Part shown: piece after piece, positions 24,886-38,217 of the stretch
Position numbering within the stretch: position 1 is the first letter of the stretch
Layout of the letters: each line of letters begins with the position of its first letter
NCBI RefSeq assembly: GCF_001194135.2
Contig: NC_068985.1
Coordinates: 6,491,423-6,540,419, forward strand
Origin: Octopus bimaculoides
Lineage: Eukaryota
Length of the DNA stretch: 48,997 nt
Direction of reading: 5' to 3'
Notes under the pieces: model-generated
What the model saw: the letters and a program-made list of their open reading frames with translations, nothing else
Told to the model about the DNA's origin: nothing
Databases searched by the model: none
Translations under genes and position numbers: made by a program

Positions 24886-25500
24886 TGACAGAGTAGATTA
24901 TACATCGAATTAATTCTGGAATATCAACCATCTCCCAGCTAATTTCGTTAGTATTTTGTTTCTGATTTGTGCCTCAATAAAAGTGAAATTATATAGCCAC
25001 ATGTTGCGCATTAGGGACAAAATCTTTGTTTATTTCTCCCTGCAAATGAACAAATGAATTAATTATTCTAAAAGAACAAATCGATTTCACATATTTTACA
25101 GTCTTCCTTGTCATACATATCAAGCTCAAAACAAATAAATATATGATTTTAATGTTTCGTTTCAAATCCATTTTATAGACTAAAACGATCAATTCAATTG
25201 TATATCTGTACTTACCTCATAATCATCTTTACTCTAATAATATATAAACGACGAAATCTTTCGTCATATAACTCAATTCCAATCCATTATACAATATTTG
25301 AGTGACTTTCGCTGAAATATCTGTTAACGTCAAGTGATATATCTAAAGATACATTTCTTTTGTATCCTAGTATGCGATCTTAGATGTTTTTTTTTTCTTT
25401 CCAAAAACGCTTGGAAACTTCGATACTACATTCAAGCATACATACTTAACATCAAGGTGACATTTTGTCGTTTCATATTACGTTAATATTTTTTGTTCAG

Positions 25501-25565
25501 AAACGAAGAATCCGACATCAAATTGCGAATATGCATCTCTGCCCTACAGGCTTTTGCTGTTATAG
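25501..25565 (+). CDS. Candidate 65-nt host exon, NEESDIKLRICISALQAFAVI or KRRIRHQIANMHLCPTGFCCY; product unknown
   Basis: Strong acceptor taatattttttgttcag| and donor ATAG|gtaagt. Two frames open. Confidence 0.3.
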
Positions 25566-27299
25566 GTAAGTTCCAGATACTGTCACTCTCGACATCCTTG
25601 AAGCATTTGTTATTCTGGAGTGGTACAAAGAAATAACTTACGCAAACACATTCATTGCTACTGTACAATTCCATTATAAACAGGGGAATTCATCACGTTT
25701 TGTCATGCGAGCAGTGTGTAATTGCGTTTTCGTTGTGAATATAATTCCATGCATGATGTGGAATGTGTAAGTCTCCATGAATGTAATTAGTTTTATAAGT
25801 GTTTGAAAGTGCGCTTGTCTATGTGCATGTGTGTGAGAATGCGTGTATGTGTATGTATGTGTGTGCGTTTGTGCGCGCGTTTGTGTGTTTGCGTGCGTAT
25901 GCGTGCGTATAAGGTTATACAATCGTGTGAATATTCACATACTCTAACCCCTATCAGTAGTCTTTGGCATTATATTAGCAAATCGCATTTATTTGCCAGA
26001 AAATCGCAGCTGGATTGGCATCGGTGTCACGTTTAATTTGATAAAGTTGCAAGAAATAATTAGATATATTCATTCCAAGTTAATAAATCGTAAATGATTG
26101 GCAATAGTATCACTGATTTTAATCCAATATCCATCCATCGTCAATAAATACGTAGCCAATACGATTCTGTAAACTGTTGTTAATGCTACTTAAGACATAA
26201 TGAAATCAATCAAAATTTGCTATCTTTGATTCAGTCATCTCAAAGGGATATGTTTGAGTTTATATATGAAAAGCCTACAGATTCAAAATTAAATCATCAT
26301 CATCGCAATGCTTTACTAAATTTTGCGAAGTAGGATTGTTATTACGATATGCCATTCCTCAAATTTCATTGTGGTCAAAGTTATCAACCTTATAATGGAA
26401 TACAATAGGCACTTTAGATATGCGTCCACTTCGGTATTCAATATTCAAATTTCTATGAATGGAGGATTTGTATTGGTGAGCAAAATATCACTTAAATTTA
26501 TATGGTGTTAAATGGGATTTTAACGGGACAAAATGCCACGTATTTTGTGAACGAGCAAATATTTCCAGAGTTTGTAGCTTTATAAAGTATATATCACGCC
26601 ATATGTGTGAGATATATAAAATCTATTAGGAACATCACATCTTTGCTTATGTCTGTTTAAATTCTCATTTTGCATTCCATCTTCACCGAGTTTACATTGT
26701 TTTAAAGAAGCAAGTCCTTATGGTAAACTGAAATAATTTACGAATTGACTCTCCAACTAAGGAATCAGGTTCGAAGCTAAAATATTACGTTGGCCATGAT
26801 ATCTCAAAAGAAAAAAAGCCTTATATTAATTAATGCAACGGAAATAGATGATTAAATGTCGTTCTAAAGCTACGAACCAGTTCATTATTCAACATTTGTT
26901 CCCCCTCTCTATCTGCATAGTACAAATACAATTTAAAATTTGCCTTATGAATCCATTTGTGATTATGAATCCTGCAGAATAAGTACACAAACCAATTTGA
27001 TTTTATGGTTTTTCTACAAGTTGCAATATTACAATGAGTATCATGTCAAGAATCATTTTGAATTTCAAGACGAGACTAAAACATTGGATTAAAAATATTA
27101 TACACAGAAAGAACTTCAATTCGCGAAAACTATTTTCATTAAATGAGGCACAATCGATCAATTCAAATGTTTCCTCACAGAATTACTAAATTAAATGCTA
27201 AAGAAATCTGAAATTGCTTTGATGGTTCAGTCAGAAGTAAGGACAGAATTAGAAAAAAATAGACTAATACTATGAACTCAAATGATCACACTTGCAAAA

Positions 27300-27830
27300 T
27301 TCTTTGTTAGACACTAATTGAACTAGCATCGCAAGACGTAGAAACAATAGAATTAATAGCTGAATTTAGAATACAGCACGCAAGATCTGACATAGAAACA
27401 TTACGTATCGTGTCACTCCGTCGGCTATGACGAGGGTCCCAGTAGAACCGATCAACGGAGCAGCCTGCTCGTGAAATTTACGTGCAAGTGGCTGAGGACT
27501 CCTCAGACACGTTTACCCTTAAGGCTGGCCATATGAAATACTGCCACAACAGAAACAGGAAGAAAGAGTGAGAAGTTGTGGTGAACGAATACAGCAGGGT
27601 TTTCTACCACCCCTTGTCGGATCCTCGTAGAGCTTTAGGTGTTTTCGATCAATAAACACTCACAACGCCCGGTCTAGGAACCGAAACCGTGATCCTATGA
27701 CCTCGAGCCCGCTGCCCTAACCACTGGCCCATTGCGCCTCCACATTACGTATATCACGAATTGAAGGTACCCTTTTGCAACTAGAAATCCACTAACAAAT
27801 ATCCTCCGTAGGACTGCAACAATCTTTAAT
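27300..27830 (+). mobile_element. R4/Dong-type LINE remnant split by a SINE
   Basis: QHARSDIETL...ISRIEGTLLQLE resembles the HPKADxxRLYxxRxxGGRGL motif. The reading continues across the SINE. Confidence 0.55.
27409..27741 (-). mobile_element. SINE type B with internal deletion
   Basis: Aligns with 18943-19325. TSD ACATTACGTAT at 27398-27408 and 27742-27752. Confidence 0.9.
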
Positions 27831-28339
27831 TCAGAATGAAGGAAGCCTTAAATAGCTACAATAAAATCTTTTCTATCTTCGGGGAAGACGAAAGCCTAGA
27901 GAGTCGAGGCCTCCATAGCTGAAAGCTATGAAGGAAAAGAAGAAACAAGAAAAACTCTAAAACAGCAAAGGTCTAAACTAAACTTGGAATTACAGAATGG
28001 TAAACGGTGATAAATGATGGTAAAAAAACCACTCAAATGGCAAATACTGGTATACGCTGAACAGAATAGTGTGAAACAGTAAGATCTCAACTCATACTGA
28101 GATTGTGGTGTGATTTAAAGTTTCTTCTTTAAAATACAATATCAAAAAACCTTCACACACGTAACGACAAAGACATATTGAAGTAAAATATAATAACTGG
28201 AGAAGTTAGGTTTTCAAACGGTCATCTATCCAGATTTGCAGTCTCGACTACAGAGGAAACGTTCCTAAATTCTATTGGGAGCTGAACTCATTCTTAATTC
28301 CTACGTATAGAATACATGAAGTGTATGGTCGTATCATTC

Positions 28340-28530
28340 AGGTGGCAGTTATCTAAGAGATAGACAGCTTACCACTTTGTAGAGAGTGATTGTTGCTGAA
28401 CTGTTTGATTTTAAAATTATTTGAAGAATTGGCAGACTTTATTAAGAATGGAAACATAAGTGTCTTTCTCGTTCGAGGAAAGAACCGCAAGTATGGTTTC
28501 AACACTGAACGAATCGGTTTCGTGTTAAAA
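28340..28530 (-). mobile_element. Possible CR1-type LINE 3' remnant
   Basis: Minus frame KPYLRFFPRTRKTLMFP...NNFKIK resembles the CR1 SFFPRTxxLWNxLP..FP terminus. Confidence 0.3.
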
Positions 28531-28778
28531 TTAAAACACATGATCTGGTTGAAGAGGGATCCAATGTTTTTTCCTGAACATTGTTGGTTCAGGTGTTACA
28601 TGATGATGAATATATAAACTGTCAATTGATATTCTTCAATAACTGTGAACCGATCAATATAGTATACATAATAGCAGCATTCCAATGCCTGTTTGCTTGG
28701 CTCTCCGGGCGAGAAATGGACGGGAAATGGTGTGGGGTAGTTATTGCCTACAATATCCTGATGCACCATTATTATCAT

Positions 28779-28903
28779 CAGACACGATATTACATCACCC
28801 AAAACAAATATTGCGCAGGATTCATGCATTTATAGGATCTAAGGGATAAATGTTCGCTTTTGGAGACAACTAGAAATTGATCCATCAAGACAATTTATGG
28901 AAA

Positions 28904-28907
<4 letters not shown>
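28779..28907. repeat. 129-bp inverted duplicate of 33557-33685
   Basis: 128/129 identical to the reverse complement of 33557-33685. Confidence 0.95.
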
Positions 28908-28966
<59 letters not shown>

Positions 28967-28976
28967 GTTATTATTA
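28904..28976. repeat. (ATT)n microsatellite
   Basis: Direct reading. Confidence 0.97.
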
Positions 28977-29510
28977 TTGCAATTGTAATTGTTGTTGGTG
29001 TTGTCGCTGTTGTTATCAAGAAAGGATTCTTATTTCATCGTTCTTCTAAATGGAACTTTTGTGTTTTGCACTTCTCCCTTGATTTGCTTTCTGTCATTGT
29101 CATGGCAACGCCTATCACACAGCTACACTCACCATTGAATTGTCTGATATGTTTACGTAACATTACAGAATATTTATTCTCTATTCGTACACGTGATTAT
29201 AGAATGACAACCATTTCCTGCACATCTCGCATAAGACTAATATCTATTCTACCCATGATACTTCCTAACATACACTTATTTCTTACCTGATAAACATGGA
29301 AGACAGGTCTTGAATTATATGTTAGTAGTTATTTCTCATAGAAATTGTACATTAGCTGTAATATATTCTACATTGAAGAATTTTATACTTAAATTGAACG
29401 AGATTCCTGTCGATACATTATTTACTATATTATCGTTCCTTTCATAAAGTTTTCTGCAACCAGGGTTTACATATTCTCAAAACAATTCATTTTTCTGTTT
29501 TCATTACATA

Positions 29511-29675
29511 GGAGCAGGCGTAACTGTGTAATATGAAGCTTTCCTCCCAAACACATGGTTCTAGGTTCAGTCCCACTGCGCGGTACCTCAGGTAAGTGTC
29601 TTTTACAATAACCTACATCCGACAAAATCTTGTGAGTGAATTGTTTGGGTAAAACTGAAAGAAGCGTTGGTATAT
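29511..29675 (+). mobile_element. SINE type A, 5' half only
   Basis: GGAGCAGGCGTAACTGTG...AGGTTCAGTCCCACTGCG...AAACTGAAAGAAG then microsatellite. 3' half absent. Confidence 0.85.
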
Positions 29676-29685
29676 ACAAAGATAT

Positions 29686-29895
<210 letters not shown>

Positions 29896-29896
29896 A

Positions 29897-31110
29897 TCAA
29901 GACGTGAATCCAATAACGTTATCACAGCAGAACAAGCAGCTGCGAATAAGAGAGTCTGGGGATGTACCGAGCAATTGCAAATCAACGAAACTGAAATATC
30001 AGAGGTGCGAGAGCATAGGAGACACCTAGTTTCAATGTGGCTAGATTATAAGAAAGCGTTTGACTTTGATCCGCACTCATGGATGCTAGAAGCCCTTCAA
30101 CTTGCTAAAGTTCTACTGAGCGTAGTCAAAGCCATAGCTGACCTGATTTCATCGTGTGCCGCAATCTTGAAATTAAACAGAAAGTGTGACTGTATTATCA
30201 CTGAAAGAATACAATACCCATAGGAATATTCCAAGGAGACAGCCTCTCTGCGGTGTGGTTTATGCATTCTGTAAACCCCTAGTCATTCATGTTAAGGGAG
30301 TCTGAAGGATATCTCACTGGTTCCCAAGAAAACAGAAATACCAACATTATACACTGTTTTTTTTTTTTGTGGATGACTTAAAACTTTTTGCAAAGAATAT
30401 GCACGAGATGAAAAAGAGCCTTGACCTAGTTATAACATTCTCAAAAGATGCAGGGTTGGAGTTTGGTCAGGATAAATGTTGTTATATGGTTGTGAAAAGA
30501 AGGAAAACTCTAAACCAGGCTAGTAACATCTCCATCAATGGTTTGTCTGTTTCCTCTGTATCTGACGAGGAATGTTACAGGTATCTAGGGTAGATGAAAA
30601 TATATCTTACAATGACACCTGTAACAAAACACGTGTCACTAAAGAATATTACAGCCGAATAAAAAACATTTGGACCTCAGATCTCTCTGCATTCAATAAA
30701 ACAGTGGCCCACAATGTATTTACACTGTTAGTATTCATACTAACATTTTGACTGCTTGATTGGACGCTTGATGAGATCCGAGCAATTGATGTGAAAATCC
30801 GAAAAAATACTAACAAACACATAGTTTCCGCATAAACAGTGACGTAGACGGTCTCTACCTAAAACGAAAACAAGGCGGCAGAGGTTTAACATGGATCCAA
30901 AATGCCTTTGAATGTCGCATCATATCCCTTTTGCAACATCTTTTAATCATCAAGTGTCGAAGTGCATCCCTCGACCAAGTTTGCATACTATCATAAAACT
31001 TGGAAGGCAGCTCCTTGAGCAACACTCTTTGTCTGATAACTTAGAATATATGCCCAAAGAAGTCGACCGACTCTACTGCAAATCAAATAAAAGGAAGAAC
31101 CTATATAATA
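29897..31110 (+). mobile_element. R4/Dong-type LINE reverse-transcriptase fragment, decayed
   Basis: WGCTEQLQIN...WLDYKKAFD..PHSW, GIFQGDSLS, VDDLKLFAK, GLEFGQDKC, YRYLG, SDVDGLYLKRKQGGRGL. Frameshifts and stops. Confidence 0.9.
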
Positions 31111-31394
31111 TTTAGTGATATCTGTCAGTTATATCTATCAGTGTTATACCCTGTCATTATATTTATATAATATTTCTTCATTACATTTCTGGAGACATGA
31201 TGTGCTTTTATTTACAAACTGCCCTACTCAATCATGTTTCTCGACACAAACAATTTTCACCTAGACAACGTCTCAAAATAATTCTATGCAGTTAATTTAG
31301 GTACCTTTTCTTATATGAACAAACATCCTCACATTCAACTGAAATACGAATATTCTGTCGTATCGCTTGCAGCATATTCTTATTTTGGCTTCAA

Positions 31395-31590
31395 GTTTTG
31401 GGACGGGGCCAGCAATTCTAAAGGAGCTCTTACATCGCCGTCAGTGTTAAACTGGTAATAATTTTATCGACCTCAAAAGATGAAAGACAATATCGACCAC
31501 GGCGGCATCTGAACTCAGAGCATAAAGACTGATAACTTGTCACGAAGCTTATCATTTTGCCTGCTGCGCTAACGACTTTGCCAGCTCTCT
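31395..31590 (-). mobile_element. SINE type C, diverged
   Basis: TTTTATCGACCTCAAAAGATGAAAGACAATATCGACCACGGCGGCATCTGAACTCAGAG...GCTAACGACTTTGCCAGCTC. Confidence 0.8.
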
Positions 31591-32270
31591 ACTTTATAGA
31601 GCATCTTCATGCTTATATCATTATCATTCTTTTAATTTTGAAATGTTTTTGTATTACCCAAAGAGTGTAAAATATGCGAGGACTATTCTTCTTTGAACAG
31701 TCATTTAGGTTCATCTTGATAAATCACATAAATATGTTCAAAGTTAATAAAAACATTCGAAATGAAATATTCCCAACTTACTAAAATGTATGTCAACGTT
31801 TCACAGAAGTCGTTGTTTTTGACTCCATGTGAATAAAATAAAATTGAATAATACATGCATCTTTTAGTAGCCATCATATTTTTAATTCTGCATTTAGCAC
31901 AGCATTTCCCTTGCATCCCACACAAATCTAGCTGTCCCTATTGTATTGCTAATAGTTTGATATTTTTGTCATGGAGTATAACATCTAAAATATTATGTGT
32001 TATATTGTATGCTGTCTGTACACTATTTGCCTTAATATATTGTTATATCTCAGGTAACATGCCGGTATTTTAGAAAGATAACGAGTTAACGCCTTTGATA
32101 AGACAAGTAAGGAGGAAGATGAGATATAATAAAAATAAAAATAAAATAACATAATGTCAATCAGCGTAAAATACAATAGAATGAGGAAATTGGGATAAAA
32201 TAAAATAACGAAAGACAATATAAAATACAAAAAAGTTAGTAGAGTAAACGAAGATTTAATTTCCTGTAAT

Positions 32271-32940
32271 AGGTTGATGGCTAAAAAGACTTTTAAATTC
32301 ACGGATATAAAAGCTTTAAAGTTTCGTGGACATAAAAGTTAAAAATGGAAAGGACGTATAAACGATTTGTGTATATAGAAGAAGGGATGGAAGTAGACTG
32401 ACAAATGGATAGACACACAGATCGATTGGTCGAGTGCCACATAGCTAGAAGGCTAGATGGACCGATAGACATATAAATAGATTTGGTAGGTGGAAACATT
32501 GATAGTTCGGGAGGTAGAGAGGAGAATATGTAGATTGCCTTTCTAATGGTGTCTAACCTGAATGGAGTCTTGTTGTTGGGTGTCATAGCTTAGTTAGAAA
32601 TTTATAATCGATGATTATTCATTCAAAGTCTGGTGAAGAATCATCGATATGAAAGCGCAAGATAAATAAGCTAAAACACCATCAACAAGGCTTACCCCCA
32701 TAATATTGAAAATCTGTTCTTCTATCGGGCTACAGAACTATATAACTATCCATTTACCAATTCATCTCTCTATCGGACTATCTAGCTATGAAGTTATTGA
32801 TCCATCAATCTGACTGTCTATTTATTTATCTACCTGTTCTACGTTTATACCTACTTTTGTATCCTCAAACCTTTTATGCCTCCTGAAACTTTAAACATTT
32901 ATGTCCATGAATTTTTAAAAACTTTTATATCCATCAACCT
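32271..32940. mobile_element. Fold-back/MITE-like element with long diverged inverted arms
   Basis: Ends AGGTTGATGG and CCATCAACCT. Subrepeats of about 22 bp in both arms. Central hairpin ATCGATGATT...AATCATCGAT. Confidence 0.7.
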
Positions 32941-32987
32941 CTAACATGAAATGTTTATTTTCTCTCATTTTTCTCCTTACCTATATC

Positions 32988-33168
32988 CCTTTCTACTCTA
33001 GGCACAAAGCCCGAACTTTTTGGGAAAGGGAAAAGTCGATTACATCAACCCCAGTACGCAACTGGTACTTAATTTATCGATCCCGAAAGGATGAAAGGCA
33101 AAGTCGAGCTCGGCTGAACTTAACGAAGGATTTCGCCCGGCGTGCTAATGATTCTGACATTCTCCTTA
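32988..33168 (-). mobile_element. SINE type C with internal deletion
   Basis: TTCTACTCTAGGCACAAAGCCCGAA...GAAAGGATGAAAGGCAAAGTCGAGCTCGGC...TTTCGCCCGGCGTGCTAA. Confidence 0.9.
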
Positions 33169-33556
33169 CCTATGCTGTTAACGGTGATATCCTCTAATCT
33201 TACTATAATTGTTTTAGTAGTTTTATAGTCTATATTTCATCTTCCATATACAACAGAGTACTTACGAGCATCTACAAGTCGCTTCAAGAATTATTTGAAA
33301 CTGACTGGCTTGGAAACTGATCAGCAGAAGTGTTACATGTTTGAATCTACTCCAAAACTTTTCTGCATAAATCCTAGGACGATGTGTTGCATTGTTACAG
33401 GAAATATAGATCTGAATTTTTCAACAATGTGACAATTTTGGATATTCTTTATAAGCACTATCACAGTTCTTGAACTACCTCGTTTCCGCGGAACCCGCTG
33501 TATATGTTCTATTTTACTGTGCGATATTTTTTTCTATATTTACAGCAAATACTGTG

Positions 33557-33685
33557 TAATTTTCCATAAATTGTCTTGATGGATCAATTTCTAGTTGTCT
33601 CCAAAAGCGAACATTTATCCCTTAGATCCTATATATGCATGAATCCTGCGCAATATTTGTTTTGGGTGATGTAATATCGTGTCTG
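33557..33685. repeat. Partner of the 129-bp inverted duplication
   Basis: Reverse complement of 28779-28907 with one mismatch. Confidence 0.95.
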
Positions 33686-34854
33686 TATACAACATTTGTC
33701 TAACTCAAAATCTTATCATGTTTGCGATTACATTTTCGCGTTTCAAGTGTTTTGATGTATCTTGTATGTCAGTTATGATATTTGTTTGATAGTGTATTTG
33801 TAGGAATGCCGCAGTTTTATGTTGTATTGTATGACATTTATTGGGGAAGGTATATACAACCCAGTTGTATTATGTATTGTGTGATATTCTTTGTTGCTGA
33901 TTCACAAGAGTGCGCCTCGTGGTATGTGTTATTTTAGATTTTTTACTGGGGCTGAAACCAAATAAAATGGAAGCTGACATGTACAGCACTTTCTTCTTTT
34001 CCTCTATCCATGAATATATAGTAGAAGTGTATAAGGTATTCAATACTTTAAATGTCGAACAAAACATGCCATTAAGAAATGTGTCAAGGAAAACTAAGGA
34101 AAGTAGGATGTTATAAATAACACATGAATATTGTAAATATGATTATATGGAGTAACATAGAGAAAATGCAATCAAAATATGTGTGGTTATATATTTATAA
34201 TGAAACTAATGGCATTATGCATTAGAAGCATATGTTAGATTTATAGCAACAAACAAAGTTGCGTTTGTATTACGACCTTCTATACTGAATAATAAGTTTC
34301 CTTGCACAGAATATTCTTAAAATAATTTCCATATCATTACAATAACCATTTTTCTATGAAATATTTATTTAAAGCAAAGTGTTTTGTGATGATTGCTGTT
34401 AACCTTTTTCTATTTACAGTACACAAATTTTGATAAATCAAGTCAACAACTACGTCTAATCGTTTCCATAGACTTTATGTATGTAATATTAAGACTAAAT
34501 ATGTGCACACCAAAATATTTGTATATAATATTTGCTTTGTTTTTTTTTTCATTTACGTATTTGCTTTTGAAGTATATAAAGCATCACAGTGCTTTAATTG
34601 CTTTTTAAATTATTTTCGTTTTCAATGGTCCAGTAACGAATATTCAAGTAAATCGCCATCAGAATTTATTCTTACACAGATGACTACATAAATGGGACAC
34701 GATAATGAGCAACTTGAGAGAGCAGACTTCATTCCATCCTACTTATAGAGATTGTTTCACTTTATCCCCACAATTAACGACATGGAACTTGATAATCAGC
34801 CGCATCTTGTCGTGTAACCGAAACGACTAGCGTATCTTAAATGATAAAACAGTA

Positions 34855-35010
34855 TTCATAAATATGGGAAAATACATACGCACATATAGGAAATTATTTA
34901 ATCGGCATAGAGTAAAGATTTCGTATTCAACGACTGGAAACTTAGCTGAGATTATAGCAATACACTCTAAACGTAAAATCAGGGAAGATATAAATTCTAA
35001 ATTTATAAAC
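34855..35010 (+). mobile_element. Penelope-like fragment, probably Naiad-type thumb region
   Basis: NMGKYIRTYRKLFNRHRVKISYSTTGNLAEIIAIHSKRKI resembles KIFNRxxVKVSYSxxxN. Confidence 0.55.
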
Positions 35011-35818
35011 AAAATTAGAACATATAATGTGTATAGTGAAATACACTCTAAAGATACTCTTTCTGTATAATGTTTTGGTTCTATAACTGATTATACAGTG
35101 AGGTTATCACCTAGCCTTAATATTAATTGTAATAATAATAATTCAACCGTAACATGTAATTTGGAGAGGAGAACTAGTGAAAATGCTTTTAACTATGAGT
35201 ACCAAATTCAAGTGAATAAATGCCTGTAATTGTGTAATTGTGTAATTGTCAAAACGAAATTGTATGCCTTTTAGAGAATCAATGTTTAAGGGAAAATATA
35301 GTCTATTAGTGCAAGTTAATAACTGTATTTCGTAAGCATTATTATATTGGTTCAACTGATACAATTTGGCAATCTAGATTTCATAATCATTGTCATACAT
35401 TTACGTATAGAAGAAAACGTAATTCTACAAATTTTAGTAAATGCATTTCAGATTTAAAAGATAAGAACATTAACTATCATTTAAAGTGGTCCATTATTAG
35501 TTATGCACTATCGTACAATATTGGTAATTCTACATGTGATATTTGCCTTGAATAAATGTATTATATAATTACTTCTAAATTAATACTATTGAATTTTAAT
35601 GAAACTTTACAATACGATATTGCCATAGATTTAGGACATTCGAATATATCAGTTACTAATTATAATAATTTTTCATATATTATATAATGTTATTTCTTAT
35701 AAAAGGTTTGATATAATGAAGAATTAGAAAACTAATTGTTGTGATGTGAAGTGTCTAAGATTCTGTTAACCACAACGTAGAATTCTTATCTTTATTTTTT
35801 TATTCTTTAGTTGTCGAG

Positions 35819-35946
35819 TGACGTCACCAAAAGTTGTATGCAAAATAAACTTTTGTATGTAGACTTCTATTTATCATAATTCTTGTTTTTTTTTATTATT
35901 TCATCATCACTGACGTCACCAATAGTTGAATACAAAATTCACTTTT
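35819..35946 (+). promoter_or_regulatory. Two 36-bp direct repeats, each starting with a perfect CRE palindrome TGACGTCA
   Basis: TGACGTCACCAAAAGTTGTATGCAAAATAAACTTTT (35819-35854) and TGACGTCACCAATAGTTGAATACAAAATTCACTTTT (35911-35946). The repeat is certain; function is untested. Confidence 0.35.
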
Positions 35947-36174
35947 CTTAAATAGGTTTTTTATGCTTATGTCGACGGATGTATACGTATATATACATAT
36001 GTGTGTGTGTGTTTCCGTGTGCGTGTGTACATATGTATGTAGATTGACAATTATTTTCAATTAATGACAAATTTTTAAAGTTTAAAGAAAATTCAAAGAG
36101 ATTCTTAATAAGAAATTTGTATATCAATGAACGAACTCCAGCATACGCCTTTTCCACACACTGTCTCTGTTTCT

Positions 36175-36218
<44 letters not shown>

Positions 36219-36290
36219 NNNNNNNNNNNNNNNNTATATATATATATATATACTTATATACTACACAAACACACACACACACACACACAT
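36175..36290. repeat. (CT)n, N-gap (36219-36234), (TA)n, (CA)n
   Basis: Direct reading. Confidence 0.95.
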
Positions 36291-37649
36291 ATATGTATAT
36301 AAGCAGACACTTACACTCACGTACGCACGCACACGCACACCAATATATGTGATGCCTGTGTCACAAATCATTATTTGTTTTATCATATTGTGTTGAGGCA
36401 AAAGTAAATTCAAGAAAATTATAAACACTAAGCAATTATAAACTGTCCATAAAGTAAATGATGATGATGATGATTCTGTGAAAATGCAAACAATAGATTC
36501 TAATAATTAGGATCAGCCCATGAAAAATTTCCTTTAAATTTCCTGTATTAAACTATGTTTGTCCATTGTGTGTTTTACTCTGGAATTTAAAAAAAACAAA
36601 TATGAAGTTTTCAACGATGCTGTGAACAAGATAGGAAATGAAAATCGATATTTTAATTCACTGTACTTTCTGACGTCGTTGTTAATATTGCATGGAATAT
36701 ATCTGAACATAAGACATACATGAAAAGAGTTTTAATTATACAAAACACAGTTAAAACACATATTCCAAAAATCAATAACTTATTAAAGTTCCTGTATAAG
36801 TCAGAGAATGAGGGAAGTCGTTTTTGAACGTTACATTTAATATACGATGAATGAGTATTTATTGCAAATTTATTGGAAAAAAATATACAAATTCCTATAT
36901 TTATGAGTCTAGAAGAACGAAATATTTCATTTTCCTTTTTTTATGTAATCTACTGCTTTACTTTGAAATTTACAAACATAATTTGCAATTCACCGATGAG
37001 TAATGTATCTTCGTAGCGTTGCACTGAATGTAATCTATATATATAACGACATTAAAATAGTGTTCAACATTTATACGTCTACTCGCCATTAGAAGGATAG
37101 CACAATGTTTAAAATTGATGCATTCAGTGTAACGACACGCAAGGGACACTACCTGTTGTCATCTTGTAAACAAAATTCATTATTTTAATAACGTTAAGTA
37201 TAAGTCACCAATGGCGACTTATACTTCATACTTTCAATGCTAAATTAATTTGCAGTTTTTTTTTTTCTTTTTTTCTTTAGTCTGCGTGAAACTCTTATCA
37301 AGCAAAATTATAATAAATGATGTATCAGGAGGAAATAACGCACTAAAATATTCAAAGCTTCTTTTCTACTTTAAGACGTTGCTCAATGGTTTGATGAAGA
37401 TTTGGCTGTATAGTAAACAGATACCTGCGGCTGTGTTGTTATTTTTTTGCTAGTTCCTACTGACACAAGGACATAAAGAGGATGTGAAGATGCGATGCAA
37501 TGCCCTATACATTAAATTACGTCGATAAATATGAATATAATTAATAGATAGTATACATGTGCGACCAATAATAAAATAAAATGTATAGATGTAAGGTAAA
37601 ATAGAAAACATTTATAGTTTCCAAATAAGGAGACTATTATTATACTGGA

Positions 37650-37837
37650 GCTACTTTTGTGGGAGGTGGGGGGGCAATCGATGAGATCGACCCTAGTATG
37701 CAATTGGTACTTAATTTATCGACCCCTAAAGCATGAAAGCGAAAGTCGACCTCGGCGGAATTTGAACTCAGAATGCAAAGACAGACGAAATACCGCTAAG
37801 CATTTCGTGTTAACCATTCTGCCAGCTCGCCACCTTA
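37650..37837 (-). mobile_element. SINE type C
   Basis: GATCGACCCTAGTATGCAATTGGTACTTAATTTATCGACCCC...GACCTCGGCGGAATTTGAACTCAGAA...CCAGCTCGCCACCTTA. Confidence 0.9.
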
Positions 37838-38217
37838 TGGTTTGGAAATATTTTCTGCGCGTCAAAGGGTTTGTGTTACGTTTTATTTTTCTTAATAAAC
37901 ATTGATACATCAACATTAATTTTATTCCATTCGCTTGATACGTGGATGTAATGGAAAATTAATGAACAATTCTAAGTGTGACTTTGCTGCCAATAAACAT
38001 TTTCCGAGTAATGCAAGCACAATATCTAATTAATTTCTCATTTGTATTTATTTTCCCTACTCCAGACATAAAAAAGTACGATCATTGTACTTTCTATATG
38101 TTATTCAGTTCGTGTGCACTTTCTTAGTAATCCTTCATTTATTGATTCTATTATATGTACTGATATCAACTAATCTTTCGGGTGAAATATATAACTTTAC
38201 ACATGTTTCACAGAATT

